IMG/VR virus record: IMGVR_UViG_3300042258_000341
Location: 32,001-96,000 of that record
DNA: 64,000 nucleotides
Source: a virus
Lineage: Duplodnaviria > Caudoviricetes
Strand: one strand, 5' to 3'
Part shown: piece by piece, positions 1 through 10,299 of the stretch
How the letters are laid out: each line of letters begins with the position of its first letter
Numbering within the stretch: the first letter of the stretch is position 1
Made by a program: the position numbers and the translations under genes
Notes under the pieces: model-generated
What the model was told of the DNA's origin: nothing
The model's input: only the letters and a program-made list of their open reading frames with translations
Databases searched by the model: none

Positions 1-82
1 TCCCCACAAGAAGAACCTTCTCTTAAATTGGAAATGCCGAAAGAACCTTTAAAAATAGACTTTCCGGAAGAAGAAGATAATA

Positions 83-784
83 ATGCCTAAAGTAGATACA
101 GTTTTAAAACAACTTATGGAAGAACTGGACATTCAAGCCCCCCTTGAAGAATTTAAGATGGGTATTGAAGTTGAAAAAGAGCATACAAAAGCCGGGTTAA
201 AAGACGGGGTTTATTCTGTAATCCCTATGAAATTACTTCCGATTGCTAAAATAGCTGCAGCACATTTAGCAGAATTGCCAGATTATTATACCCGATTGAA
301 GAAAATGGAAGAAGAGGGTAAAAAACATGTTTCTGCAAGTAAAAAGCAAGCGGAAGCAAATCCCCGGGAATTACTCTTTAATCTTTTAGGGTTGAACGAA
401 GCAAATAAAATCTGGGATACTTTTGCCCCTAAGAAAAAAGAACCTCTTAAAGACCCGGAAAAGAAAAAACCGGATGAAGAAGAAATAGATGACGATTTCT
501 TTGCTTCTACAATGGGTTCGGAAATGTTCGGAGACGAAGAAGAAGCTATTTCCCCCGATGATATTGTAAGAAAACCTGCAGAACCTGTGACTGCTGCAGA
601 AAACACTCGCCCCCAACTTAAAAAATTACGAGATCAAATGCATACAACTTTACATTATCTCGTGAATAAAGCCCTTATTGAAGCAAAAGGGGATGCTAAA
701 AAATTTAAATCTTTACGAGAATTACGAGATTCTTTAAAAGATTCTCTTTTAACCCTCGAAAATACTCTGGAAGAGATGAAATGA
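83..784 (+). CDS. DUF5661-like phage protein with acidic linker
   Basis: Motif GIEVEKEHT...AKIAAAHLAELPDYYTRLKKME typical of DUF5661-like phage proteins; K-x-A sites (KKQA). Confidence 0.6.
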   Translation: MPKVDTVLKQLMEELDIQAPLEEFKMGIEVEKEHTKAGLKDGVYSVIPMKLLPIAKIAAAHLAELPDYYTRLKKMEEEGKKHVSASKKQAEANPRELLFNLLGLNEANKIWDTFAPKKKEPLKDPEKKKPDEEEIDDDFFASTMGSEMFGDEEEAISPDDIVRKPAEPVTAAENTRPQLKKLRDQMHTTLHYLVNKALIEAKGDAKKFKSLRELRDSLKDSLLTLENTLEEMK

Positions 785-1497
785 TAAAAAAATATTCTTC
801 TTTGAAAAAAGAAAGCATCAAAGGGGAAATTACTTCTCCGGAATTTCAATATTGGTTCAATGGCTCTATCTTACAAAAAGATGGAGTCCCTATTTTGCTT
901 TATCATCAAACCAGTAAAGAGAATGAACAAAAGATTCTTGAAGAAGGTTATGATATAAGCAAGGGGCAAGCTCGACTTTCAGATGAAGTTATGCCTGACG
1001 GAATATTTCTGAAATATGATGATTCGGATATTGGAATCGGACATGCTGAAAAAGAACAAAGAGCACAAATGGCTTTTTATGTAAAGCTCACAAATCCTCT
1101 TGTTGTAGATAACCGAAACGAACTCGCAGATTTCTTGAATCAAGATGTTGAATATCGGAAAGCTTTTGATGAAATTGAATGGACAGACAAAGAAGAAAAA
1201 CAAAAGCATGACAAATTGTATAAGGAAATGACGAAAGTTGAAAGGGGTAAACTGAAAGGTTCTCCTATTCACGATCAAGTCTGGGAACAACTAAATGCGT
1301 GGGATAAAAAAATAAAAGATTTGGCAACCGAAGCTCGAAATATCGGGACTGAATTTCTTAAAAGTAAAGGCTATGATGGGATCATTATGGAAAATGATAG
1401 TGGTTCTTTCGGAAGAAAAGTGAGAACCGTTGTTGTTTTCAGTCCAGAACAAATAAGAACAGCAAAACCAGATACAGAATTGCCGAAAAAGAAATGA
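781..1497 (+). CDS. Putative ADP-ribosyltransferase-like (ART-PolyVal type) protein with MIKKYS leader
   Basis: FQYWFNGS...P.LLYHQTS...GIFL...GYDGIIM...VVVFSPEQIR pattern of polyvalent-protein ART domains; ATGA overlap with upstream stop. Confidence 0.6.
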   Translation: MIKKYSSLKKESIKGEITSPEFQYWFNGSILQKDGVPILLYHQTSKENEQKILEEGYDISKGQARLSDEVMPDGIFLKYDDSDIGIGHAEKEQRAQMAFYVKLTNPLVVDNRNELADFLNQDVEYRKAFDEIEWTDKEEKQKHDKLYKEMTKVERGKLKGSPIHDQVWEQLNAWDKKIKDLATEARNIGTEFLKSKGYDGIIMENDSGSFGRKVRTVVVFSPEQIRTAKPDTELPKKK

Positions 1498-3134
1498 TCA
1501 AAAAATATTCTCAACTTCACATATCGAAAGCAACAAAAGAACAGATAAATTCTGTTTCCAAGAAACTCGGACTAACCCCGGAACAGGTTGTTGCGTATGC
1601 ACATGAAGTTGATCCAACAGAGAAATACGAAGTTTGGCTTCTGAAACAAATGGGTTTCAAGAACATAATCCTTCCTGAAGATGCAGACAGAGTTAAGAAA
1701 ACCCTGAAACAATTTGAACAATTAAATCATCGCAAACAACTTAAGTTTCAGAATATAAACCAATATAAGTCTATAATGGATTTGGAAAACGAGATTGACA
1801 GTCTTCTCCCGAAAGAATTGTCAGATGCATATAGTTACGATGTTCAGGAATTCTTGAAATTACCGGGAGTTTCTGTATATGGACAGAACAATGAATGGTT
1901 TATTTTAAAAGTAACAGATCCTGAATCTCTTACTATTTTAGGGGATTCAACTGAATGGTGTACTCGACATATCGATATGGCAAAGAGGTATTTAGAAGGC
2001 ACTTCTCAATATGTTGTGTTTAAGAAACAAAACGGGAAGTTAATTAAATACGCTCAGTTCGAAGAAGATTTCAGTCAGTTCAAAAACGTAAAAGACCATG
2101 AAATACAAAAAGTGCCAAGTTCTCTTTATGATTTGGCAACCTCTAAATTAGAACCCCCTTGGAGTTTTGTAAAAAGAAATCCGAGTAAAATGTTTGATTA
2201 TTTGGATAAACATAAACAAGTGTATGGGAATCTTTTTCTTGGTGAATCTGGATTAAAAGCCTTGCCTGAGAATTTGACAATTTTTGGTGGTTTGGAGATA
2301 TCCAGTTCTGAGATTGAAATTTTACCTCAAGGTTTGAATATTACAGATTTTCTCCATATTGACCATTGTGTAAATCTCACTACTATTCCCTCGAATTTAA
2401 AAGTAAAAGGGGATCTATACATAAATCGCTGTCCGGAATTAAAAGAAATTCCTTCTACAATTACTGTAGGGAAGAACATGTCTCTTATTGATTGTGGCGT
2501 AGAATCTCTTCCAGACGGATTAACTATTGGTGGGGATTTAACTATTATCGGAAAATTTAATCAATTTCCTTCAAAAATAAATGTCGGGGGAAATTTAATT
2601 CTGGGCGGAACCCAAATTGCAGAATTGCCGGATAATTTGGTTGTTTCTGGGAGTTTAAATATAGGTTGGACACCTCTTGAAAAATTACCCGCAGGTTTAA
2701 TTGTTAGTGACGATTTGTATTTGGACAGAACAAATATAAAAGAACTCCCTCTGGATTTAAAAGTAGGCGGGAATTTAGATGTAAGCAGTTCTAAAATTGA
2801 AAGCATTCCCGCGAACCCGGATGTAAAAGGATATGTGATTTTAAATAATTGCCAGAATTTAACTTCTTTACCTGAAAACTTAAAGATCAATGGTAGTTTG
2901 TTTTTGGAAAAATGTGAAAATTTGCAAGAATTGCCGGAAAACATGGAAGTGAAATCTCTCTTTTTAACCGGATGTAAAAAAATAACTCAATTACCTAAAA
3001 GTTTGGTGGTTAAGGGAATAATTGTAGGCTTTAATCCACTTACAAAAAAACCATATTCTGAAGAGTATGAACGAAACCAAAAAGAAAAAGAAATGGTTAA
3101 ATCTGCTTTCTTGAGAAAGTTGAATGTGAAATGA
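1494..3134 (+). CDS. Modular LRR protein (MIKKYS leader, DPT/WC domain, diverged LRRs, FLRKL tail)
   Basis: First ~215 aa nearly identical to 27027-28382; GDSTEWCT motif; about 12 diverged LPxxLxVxGxLxL repeats. Confidence 0.75.
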   Translation: MIKKYSQLHISKATKEQINSVSKKLGLTPEQVVAYAHEVDPTEKYEVWLLKQMGFKNIILPEDADRVKKTLKQFEQLNHRKQLKFQNINQYKSIMDLENEIDSLLPKELSDAYSYDVQEFLKLPGVSVYGQNNEWFILKVTDPESLTILGDSTEWCTRHIDMAKRYLEGTSQYVVFKKQNGKLIKYAQFEEDFSQFKNVKDHEIQKVPSSLYDLATSKLEPPWSFVKRNPSKMFDYLDKHKQVYGNLFLGESGLKALPENLTIFGGLEISSSEIEILPQGLNITDFLHIDHCVNLTTIPSNLKVKGDLYINRCPELKEIPSTITVGKNMSLIDCGVESLPDGLTIGGDLTIIGKFNQFPSKINVGGNLILGGTQIAELPDNLVVSGSLNIGWTPLEKLPAGLIVSDDLYLDRTNIKELPLDLKVGGNLDVSSSKIESIPANPDVKGYVILNNCQNLTSLPENLKINGSLFLEKCENLQELPENMEVKSLFLTGCKKITQLPKSLVVKGIIVGFNPLTKKPYSEEYERNQKEKEMVKSAFLRKLNVK

Positions 3135-3451
3135 TTGTAAGATATTCCACTCTTAAGAAATTAGCCTCTCTTCGATTGAAAGACATTGCGGATGTAAAAG
3201 TGGATATGGAAGATGCTGACTTTTATGTGATCCGACGAGGGGATAAAAAACAAGTGGGTAAGCCGGTAAAAGATTATAACCCTGAACATATCGGAGTTAA
3301 AGTTACTCGAACAGATTTAATAGCTCCTGATTTCTTGTTTTACTCTTTAATGTTGTTACATTCTCAAGGTGTCTGGGAACAAAAAGCAACTGGGTCACTT
3401 AAACTTGTGAATATACAAACTTCAGATATAAAGAATATTGCTTTAAGGTAA
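3131..3451 (+). CDS. Small protein resembling a type I R-M specificity-subunit (HsdS) domain, with MIVRYS leader
   Basis: LKDIADV...PDFLFYSL...ATGS..LVNI..SDIKNI resembles HsdS conserved segments. Confidence 0.45.
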   Translation: MIVRYSTLKKLASLRLKDIADVKVDMEDADFYVIRRGDKKQVGKPVKDYNPEHIGVKVTRTDLIAPDFLFYSLMLLHSQGVWEQKATGSLKLVNIQTSDIKNIALR

Positions 3452-3496
3452 TTACGTAATATTCTTTATTCTTAATAAAGAAGGTTGAAAAATTTT

Positions 3497-4264
3497 ATGT
3501 TTAAAATTGCGACTTCGAATAAAACAAGAGTAATGGCTTCTAAAGAAAATAAGAAGGAAGTTGAAATCGAACTTTCTTCGGATGATTTCTTATTCAGCCA
3601 AGCCAGTATTGTCTCTTCGGTAAATGTTGAACCGAATAGTTATTTTATCCACCCCCTTACCCAACGCTTTGTAAACAATAACGGGGATTGCTTCAGTAAT
3701 GAATCCTTAAGAGCTAACTATAAATCCTTTATCGGGGCTTACAATTATGTGAACCATGTTCAAGTCCCGGAGAAAGCTATTGGATTTATTTGCGATGCCG
3801 CTTTAAGGAAATTAATTCCCGACCCGGAACAACCAGATGTTCCTGTTTTTTATGTGGACATTTTAATAGCTACACACCGAGATAACCGGAAGATGGTTGA
3901 TATGATCCTCCAAGACCAAGTGAAGTATCTCAGCATGGGCTGTGACGCATATGTCTCTACATGTAGTAAATGTGGGAATACTTTCAGTGAGGATTATGAA
4001 CTCTGTGATTGTCTGGCAAACGATAAGGGAAAATACTATCTCGACCCTTACGGAAAACGGAGAATCATTGCTGAAATTCTTGGGACAGAAAAACCTAAAT
4101 CTGTAGATTTTATAGAAGCCTCTTATCTTACCGAAGTTCCTGCTATCCACGGGGCAGTAAAAAGAAACGTCCTGAGAATTAAAGAGGGTGTTTCTGTAGC
4201 CTTTTCTATGGAAGAAGATTATTTCAACAAAAAAGCGGTGCAAAAATACTTAAAAGGGAAATAA
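3497..4264 (+). CDS. Putative prohead protease with Zn-ribbon insertion
   Basis: Immediately upstream of scaffold, decoration and MCP genes; NNNGDCF, YVNH, LSMGC, CSKC..C.C motifs; ATG at 3497 preferred to TTG at 3485. Confidence 0.55.
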   Translation: MFKIATSNKTRVMASKENKKEVEIELSSDDFLFSQASIVSSVNVEPNSYFIHPLTQRFVNNNGDCFSNESLRANYKSFIGAYNYVNHVQVPEKAIGFICDAALRKLIPDPEQPDVPVFYVDILIATHRDNRKMVDMILQDQVKYLSMGCDAYVSTCSKCGNTFSEDYELCDCLANDKGKYYLDPYGKRRIIAEILGTEKPKSVDFIEASYLTEVPAIHGAVKRNVLRIKEGVSVAFSMEEDYFNKKAVQKYLKGK

Positions 4265-4291
4265 CAATCCTTTTCTAATTTTCTTACAAAC

Positions 4292-4337
4292 AAATAAAAC
4301 GAGCAAAAAGCAATAAGACTTTTTGCTCGTTTTATTT
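4292..4337 (+). terminator. Inverted repeat / intrinsic terminator
   Basis: AAATAAAACGAGCAAAAAG...CTTTTTGCTCGTTTTATTT. Confidence 0.6.
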
Positions 4338-4454
4338 ACGTCATATCGTGAAAATAAATAGTTAAAGATGTCATTGTTCTTTATACACTCTTTGATGAAA
4401 CAAGACATTGATAAATCTTGTTTGTCATAAATTTTTTAGATCGGAGTTTATCAC

Positions 4455-5495
4455 ATGAGAAAAGTGCTGTCAAAAGTACAAAAGGTTCGTGCGATTACTG
4501 CTTTTCAGCAGAAGTATGAAGCTTCTCTTGAAAAAGTTGATAAACTTGCCAACAGGATTTATAAAGCTTTTGAAAATCCTAAAGCCAAGTTTACAAAGGA
4601 ACAGATTGCGAAAGTCGCTGCAACTCTGGACTCTGCTGCAAATCATGTAGCGAAGGGCGCAACAACTTGTTTCACAAACCTGAAAGTGGCAATTGCTTCT
4701 GAAATTCCAACTGACCGTGTAGTTGCACATATTGAAGATGCTCACACCCTGCTTTCTAAAATTGCGATTCTTCGCTCTCAAGCTATTGCTTCTATCGCAA
4801 GTGATGAAGACATCAGTATTGATGAATCCGGACAGCTTGTAGATGAACCGATGGAAGAATCTGAAGACATGGAAAATGAAGAAATGATGGATGAAGAAAT
4901 TTCTGATGAAGAAAAGACTCCAGAAGAACTTCAAGAAGATATCCATGAAGATTTAGACATGCTTGTTGAAAAGCTTCAAGAAGAAGTGGGTGAAGAAGTT
5001 GCTGAACCTAAAGAAGCTTCAAGAAAAGCAAAAAAACAGTGTGGGGAAAGTAACCCGGATATGCCAAAAGAAAACCCGGCGAGTAAAGAAGTCTCGGATG
5101 TAAAGAAACTTCAATCCGAATACGAAAAAGAACCCACAATGAAAAATGCAAAAAAAAAATCAGCCGATACTCAAGCTGCGGATGCAGAACTGAATCCTGA
5201 TATGCCAAAAGAAAACCCCGGAATGCAAGAAGAGTCTTTGGAAGAACTCGTAGATGATTATGAAGCTTCTCCCTCAGATCCCGAAAATCTTGAAATGGAA
5301 GACAGCATGATTGATGATGCAGTTAACATGGAAATTCTTACCGACAACGATGTTGATCAATTAGAAGATGAAATGGTAACAAGCTCAACTGCAACTCTTC
5401 GTGAAAGAAAACTCGCTTCTTCTAAAAGAACCGCTTCTAACAATCCGGCTTCTGAAGATGATGTAATGAAAGACATCATTTCTTCTATGTTTTAA
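4455..5495 (+). CDS. Putative capsid scaffolding protein
   Basis: Highly acidic and helical; lies between protease and capsid genes; GGAG RBS; duplicated NPDMPKENP; many K/R-x-A sites. Confidence 0.6.
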   Translation: MRKVLSKVQKVRAITAFQQKYEASLEKVDKLANRIYKAFENPKAKFTKEQIAKVAATLDSAANHVAKGATTCFTNLKVAIASEIPTDRVVAHIEDAHTLLSKIAILRSQAIASIASDEDISIDESGQLVDEPMEESEDMENEEMMDEEISDEEKTPEELQEDIHEDLDMLVEKLQEEVGEEVAEPKEASRKAKKQCGESNPDMPKENPASKEVSDVKKLQSEYEKEPTMKNAKKKSADTQAADAELNPDMPKENPGMQEESLEELVDDYEASPSDPENLEMEDSMIDDAVNMEILTDNDVDQLEDEMVTSSTATLRERKLASSKRTASNNPASEDDVMKDIISSMF

Positions 5496-5521
5496 GAAAT
5501 AATAACAAGGAGATTTTTAAT

Positions 5522-6040
5522 ATGTTACTTATTCACCATAAAGGTATTCATGTTTCTCTTCCATTGGATACTACTAATTTCACAGGCGATGTGGAAGCCG
5601 ATAGTAAACTTCCATACGTTACAGGTCTGGTGGGCGGTGCTCTTGCAGCTATCGACGCTAACGGCGTTGTCCAGTTAGCTGATGGCGATCCCGCAAAAAG
5701 CCTTCTCCCCCTCGGTTTCTTGGTAAATGATGCTGCTGGCTACTTCTTCATGAATAAACCCGCTATCGCTGGTAAAGAAGTTGCGATTACTCATAGCCCC
5801 TGCATGATTTCAACTGATCAAGTTAAAACCGGACAAACTTTCACCCCCGGTCAAAAAGTATATTGTGGAACTGGTGCAGATGCTGGTAAAGTTGTTAACG
5901 CAGCTCCAGCAGCTACTGCCAGACCAATCGGTATCGCTCTCACTGATTTTGTTGCCCAAGGTGACGTTATGAGTGGTTCACTTTCAGTAGCCCCCGGCGT
6001 TCCAATGCTCAAAATCCTTGTCGGCTCTATTGCAGACTAA
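5522..6040 (+). CDS. Putative head decoration/cement protein
   Basis: Gly/Ala-rich beta protein directly upstream of MCP; GQKVYC...G.V...IGIAL pattern; AAGGAG RBS. Confidence 0.55.
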   Translation: MLLIHHKGIHVSLPLDTTNFTGDVEADSKLPYVTGLVGGALAAIDANGVVQLADGDPAKSLLPLGFLVNDAAGYFFMNKPAIAGKEVAITHSPCMISTDQVKTGQTFTPGQKVYCGTGADAGKVVNAAPAATARPIGIALTDFVAQGDVMSGSLSVAPGVPMLKILVGSIAD

Positions 6041-6071
6041 CGAGAAGTAATTTAAAGGAGAATTAATTAAT

Positions 6072-6932
6072 ATGAGAACTGTAACTGCTGCTCAGAAAAA
6101 TCAGTTAATGACCAAGCTTCTCGGCTCAACACAGGGTCGCAAGAAGATTGCCGCTTCAATTCAAGAACCATTGAGAAAATTACGTGACTATGTAAGTATC
6201 GGTCGCCGTGCATTGTGGATTGACGAGCTTCCCGATGGTGCTCTTCCGATTTACGACAGAGACGTTGCAACTCCGGCTTTTGTAGTTGGAGACGAAGGTG
6301 ATTCAATTCAGGCTCTTCCGGTAGAAGGCGCAAGAATGATGGTGCCTCTGTTTGAAATCGCTGCATATCCGAAAATTCCGTTTGCACACGTAAAAGAACG
6401 CAGATTCGATATCATCCGCAGAATCAAGCAAAAAGCGAAAGACGAACTCTTCCGTAAAGAAGACAGTATCATCTTCCAGATGCTTTCTGCTGCTGCTACC
6501 AACAACACTGACAACCCAAGCATCCCAGTTGCTGCTGCTAACTTCAACATGTCAACTATCGTTGATGCTTTCGCAGGTGTTGAAAAATGGGGACTTCGTG
6601 TAGACAAAGTTTTCATGAATCCTCAAGAATTCAAAGTATTTAGAAACGCTGGTCGTGACTACGTTGACTTTGAAACCCAGAGAGAACTCCTCAGAACTGG
6701 TTTCATGGGTCAAGTTTATGGTGCTGGTATCTACATGTCTATGCAGGTTCCTCGTGGCACTATCTTTATCGTTTCTGAACCTGAGTACCTTGGTGTAATG
6801 CCAATTCGTATAGATCTCACGGTTATTCCGGCTGATGTACCGGGAGACCGTATGTTTGGATGGAGTTTATTCTGTAATGAAGGCATGGCTGTGCATAACA
6901 GTTATGGTATTCAGCAGATTATTGTCAGCTAA
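6072..6932 (+). CDS. Major capsid protein (HK97 fold)
   Basis: 286 aa; LPDGALPIYDRD, VPLFEIA..P.I, FMNP.EF motifs of large-phage MCPs; AAGGAG RBS; biased high-expression codons; followed by terminator. Confidence 0.85.
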   Translation: MRTVTAAQKNQLMTKLLGSTQGRKKIAASIQEPLRKLRDYVSIGRRALWIDELPDGALPIYDRDVATPAFVVGDEGDSIQALPVEGARMMVPLFEIAAYPKIPFAHVKERRFDIIRRIKQKAKDELFRKEDSIIFQMLSAAATNNTDNPSIPVAAANFNMSTIVDAFAGVEKWGLRVDKVFMNPQEFKVFRNAGRDYVDFETQRELLRTGFMGQVYGAGIYMSMQVPRGTIFIVSEPEYLGVMPIRIDLTVIPADVPGDRMFGWSLFCNEGMAVHNSYGIQQIIVS

Positions 6933-6945
6933 TATAAATTAGCCT

Positions 6946-6980
6946 AAAAACCCTCGGGAATAAACCCCCGAGGGTTTTTT
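6946..6980 (+). terminator. Rho-independent terminator after MCP
   Basis: AAAAACCCTCGGG-loop-CCCGAGGGTTTTTT. Confidence 0.85.
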
Positions 6981-7057
6981 AATTTCCCAGACAAGTCCTA
7001 ACTAAGTTTTTAGATGTACCGTGAGACAGTAAACAAGGGTTTGTGTATTCAAAACCC

Positions 7058-7113
7058 TTGTTTTTCTTTCTTTTTTACAATATACTAAGGGTAGCTTAGA
7101 AAAAGGAGAAAAG
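7058..7113 (+). promoter_or_regulatory. Sigma70-like promoter overlapping a weak RBS-sequestering stem
   Basis: TTGTTT(7058)-17 nt-TATACT(7081); pyrimidine tract 7061-7075 can pair with AAAAAGGAGAAAA. Confidence 0.5.
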
Positions 7114-7115
7114 AA

Positions 7116-8882
7116 ATGCCTGTTGCGTACAATTTAGAACAAGCTTTAGAGTTAGTGAGAAGAGTTGGGTTGGAACCTTTATTCACTAAATATGAGGGTT
7201 CACAAAAAAAATATTTATGTAGATGTTCTTGCGGGGAATCCTTTGAATTACTTTTTTCAACAATAAACAGAAGATTGAAAGAAAACCCTCAATATGTTAT
7301 GGTTTGTAAAAAGTGTAACGATTCCAACAAAGATACCAAGTACACTTCGGACATTGTTTTCAAAATGTTTAAAGATCACGGGGCTATTCCTTTATTTACA
7401 AAAGAATTCTGGGATGAACAAAGTATTAAGTTGAAACATAAGGACTTCAGCAGACTGCACCTAGACTATCAGTGTGAGTGTGGTAAAAAAGATTGGACTA
7501 TTTTGGAAAATCTTATAGTAAAGATAAATAAAAATCCGGGATACATCCTTCGTTGCCAATCTTGCGCTTTATTGAAAGGTAAACAAGTTCTCCGTAAAAG
7601 AGAAGAGACTAAAAACCGGATCGAAGAATATTTTTCAAAATATGGGCTGAAACTCTTGAACTTTGAAGAAGTTAATAAAAATACAGACTCTATTAAATTT
7701 CACTGTGAGTGTGGGAATATTCATTCAACCACATGGATGTCTTTACAACAAGTGCAAAATAAACCAACCTGTGAAGTTTGCCAATTAAAAAACAAGAGAC
7801 GAGGCGAGAATCACCCCCGTTGGAATCCTGATTTAACGGATGAAGAAAGAGAATTGCAAGAAGGGGGGCAGAGTCATGCGGTTAAAAAGTGGGGGGAATT
7901 GTTAAGAGTTATATATAACTTTAAATGCCAAATTTCGGGGGCTGTGTGTAATAAACTTAATTGTCATCATATATATCCGGTTAAATTTCATAAAGATAAA
8001 CAGTTACTTATTACAAACGGTATACCTATCTCACAGGAACTACACGTTGAATTTCATTCCCGTTACGGAAAACATGTTGACAATTCGGAAGATTTTTTCT
8101 CTTTTTATAAAGAGAAAACAGGAAAAGATTGGCAACCCGCAGCACACATATACCCTTTAATAATTGAAGATTCTTCATATGACTTAATAAATATGAAAAA
8201 ATCTTTTGCTTTGCGGGGGGTAGACTTTATCCCTATCTTCTTAGAAGAAGTTACTTTACGTAAAAATTTAATCGCCAGTATTTTACGTTATAAAATGGGG
8301 CTGATATCTGAAAAAATAAATGCCCGAGATTTGATTGTAAAAGAGATATATGATTCCAAAAAGGTTTCTGAATTTCTCACAAAAAATCACAGGCAGGGGG
8401 GAGTTCCTTCTGTGGTAAATATCGGGCTTGAAACCTCAGATGGAGAACTGGTGTCTTTAATGACTTTCGGGGAACCTCGTTTTTCGAAAGAGGTTAAATT
8501 TGAACTGCTTCGCTTTTGTTCTAAATTAAATATTATTGTGCATGGAGCGGCACAAAAGATTTTCTCTTATTTCGTAGAAAGATTTAAACCGGAATCCATT
8601 GTAACTTATGCCGATATGAGATATTCCAATATTGATCCACAGAAAACTCTTTATGCCCAATTGGGTTTTGAGTTTTCTCATACCACTCAACCTAATTATT
8701 GGTATACAAAAGATTATATTATTTTAGAACCCCGACAAAAATATCAAAAACATAAACTCCCGGGTTTGCTCCCCTCTTTTGACCCAAATCTAACGGAAGA
8801 AGAAAACATGGCTGCAGCAGGCTTTTTTAAATTAAAAGATTGCGGGAATCATGTTTTTTTTTACAAAAATAAAATCCCCTAA
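7116..8882 (+). CDS. Free-standing homing endonuclease-like protein: Zn-ribbon repeats, HNH, Hef-like C-terminal domain
   Basis: Repeated CxC/CxxC; CHHIYP...NGI...H.EFH (HNH); C-terminal ARD...NHRQG...ELLRFCSK...TYAD...LGF...DCGNHVF. Confidence 0.75.
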   Translation: MPVAYNLEQALELVRRVGLEPLFTKYEGSQKKYLCRCSCGESFELLFSTINRRLKENPQYVMVCKKCNDSNKDTKYTSDIVFKMFKDHGAIPLFTKEFWDEQSIKLKHKDFSRLHLDYQCECGKKDWTILENLIVKINKNPGYILRCQSCALLKGKQVLRKREETKNRIEEYFSKYGLKLLNFEEVNKNTDSIKFHCECGNIHSTTWMSLQQVQNKPTCEVCQLKNKRRGENHPRWNPDLTDEERELQEGGQSHAVKKWGELLRVIYNFKCQISGAVCNKLNCHHIYPVKFHKDKQLLITNGIPISQELHVEFHSRYGKHVDNSEDFFSFYKEKTGKDWQPAAHIYPLIIEDSSYDLINMKKSFALRGVDFIPIFLEEVTLRKNLIASILRYKMGLISEKINARDLIVKEIYDSKKVSEFLTKNHRQGGVPSVVNIGLETSDGELVSLMTFGEPRFSKEVKFELLRFCSKLNIIVHGAAQKIFSYFVERFKPESIVTYADMRYSNIDPQKTLYAQLGFEFSHTTQPNYWYTKDYIILEPRQKYQKHKLPGLLPSFDPNLTEEENMAAAGFFKLKDCGNHVFFYKNKIP

Positions 8883-8937
8883 CTTTTCTCCCTATATTCT
8901 TTATTATAAATTCTACTCTCGAAAGGTGAATTTAAAT

Positions 8938-9219
8938 ATGTCAGCAAAAGAACTTATCGGTTTTTCTCTTCGTGAAGACGGCTCTTTGGTTGTAACTCAA
9001 GACGGGAATGTTTCTACGTCTTTCGGAAAAGTAAATGAAGTGACAATGGCTTTAGCTCAGACAAGAAACGAAAGCGGGATGCCACAAATCATTCGTGTTG
9101 TAAAAATGGTTTCTGAAGTGGAGCCTGAAGTAAAAATAGGACAGCCTTCTGCAAACTTAAGAATTCAGGAATTTATTGTCCCCGTTGTAGAAACAGTAGC
9201 GGTTACAGAAGATAATTAA
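8938..9219 (+). CDS. Hypothetical protein
   Basis: ATG at 8938 with AAGGTG RBS. Confidence 0.6.
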   Translation: MSAKELIGFSLREDGSLVVTQDGNVSTSFGKVNEVTMALAQTRNESGMPQIIRVVKMVSEVEPEVKIGQPSANLRIQEFIVPVVETVAVTEDN

Positions 9220-9239
9220 AAAAGTTTCAAAACACTCCC

Positions 9240-9300
9240 GTAAAAAAGTCGAGAAGATTATTTAAATTTTCTCGACTTTTTTACTATATATATAAATATA
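9240..9300 (+). promoter_or_regulatory. Inverted repeat plus conserved phage promoter-like motif
   Basis: GTAAAAAAGTCGAGAA...TTCTCGACTTTTTTAC IR, continuing into TTTTTTACTATATATA(T)AAATA also seen at ~10238, ~12280 and (minus) ~61190. Confidence 0.6.
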
Positions 9301-9315
9301 GGGGGGAATAAAGTT

Positions 9316-9687
9316 ATGGACGTATGTTTAATAAACAGTATTGAGAATATAGACAAGATAGACATTCGGAAGACGTTCGAAACAATTTTACATAAATCGG
9401 AGTATTGTTATTCTTTACTGGAAGCTATAAAAGAAGAACTTGCGGGAAAACCTTTACCTGAAGTTCCACGAGAGGGAATAGAATATCTTATGTGGGTTAA
9501 TGAGGGAGTAATAGCTTATTCTTACATCCCATTTTACCGTGAATTTTCTGTAACCCCAGTGGAAATGATTAAATTCACAAAATTAAACCCGACACAGCAA
9601 AAAAGAGCTTTATATCGAGCAGCTATTCATAACGAATGGTGTTTCGAAGGGCGAATCACGCCTCTTGTTCTTTCTCTTCTAAAATAG
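9316..9687 (+). CDS. Hypothetical protein
   Basis: ORF with GGGGGG RBS downstream of the motif. Confidence 0.6.
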   Translation: MDVCLINSIENIDKIDIRKTFETILHKSEYCYSLLEAIKEELAGKPLPEVPREGIEYLMWVNEGVIAYSYIPFYREFSVTPVEMIKFTKLNPTQQKRALYRAAIHNEWCFEGRITPLVLSLLK

Positions 9688-10156
9688 ACATTAATGCATT
9701 CAGAGCATTAAAAATTTCAGAGAATAGCGGAGTTATTTGATCGACTACTGAAGGATATTGTCTTTTGTAAACCAAGATTTTAGCCTCTAAACTCTTTAAG
9801 AAAGATTTCCAACGCAACAATTCTTGTCGGTGAATGTGGGATATTTTTGCCCGGAAAAGTTTTGCTAAATACGAGAAGGACGTGAAAGAACTTTTCTTTG
9901 CTAAATTGTTAGGTTTCTCTCTCAATACCGCAAGAATCTTTCCCAAAGTTATCGGGATATTTTTGAAATACCTATTAAATTCTTCAGCTTCTTCTTTATT
10001 GAATTGCCCATATCCGTCAGGAGTGTTAAAATCTTGAAAGAATTTTTTCAAATCTTTTTCCATAAATTCTTGTATTTCTCGGTATGTGGGTAAAAAATAA
10101 TGTGTGAAAGGGACATCATCCCCCATAGGTTTATATGCGATTTTAAGCTTTCTCAT
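9656..10156 (-). CDS. Hypothetical protein (starts MRKLKIA)
   Basis: Internal ATG at 10156 with GGGA RBS; K-x-A leader-like start. Confidence 0.55.
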   Translation of the reverse strand: MRKLKIAYKPMGDDVPFTHYFLPTYREIQEFMEKDLKKFFQDFNTPDGYGQFNKEEAEEFNRYFKNIPITLGKILAVLREKPNNLAKKSSFTSFSYLAKLFRAKISHIHRQELLRWKSFLKSLEAKILVYKRQYPSVVDQITPLFSEIFNALNALMSILEEKEQEA

Positions 10157-10237
10157 GTGAATTTCCCGTCTCATAAATAATAATTTACATCTTATGTAAA
10201 AACATGACAAAATTATTGCAAACCGAGAAATATCTAT

Positions 10238-10271
10238 TAAATTTTCTCGACTTTTTTACTATATATAAATA
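10238..10271 (+). promoter_or_regulatory. Conserved promoter-like motif
   Basis: AAATTTTCTCGACTTTTTTACTATATATAAATA, near-identical to the copy at 9264-9298. Confidence 0.6.
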
Positions 10272-10299
10272 AGACAAGAAAGATATGTGAGGTATAACG

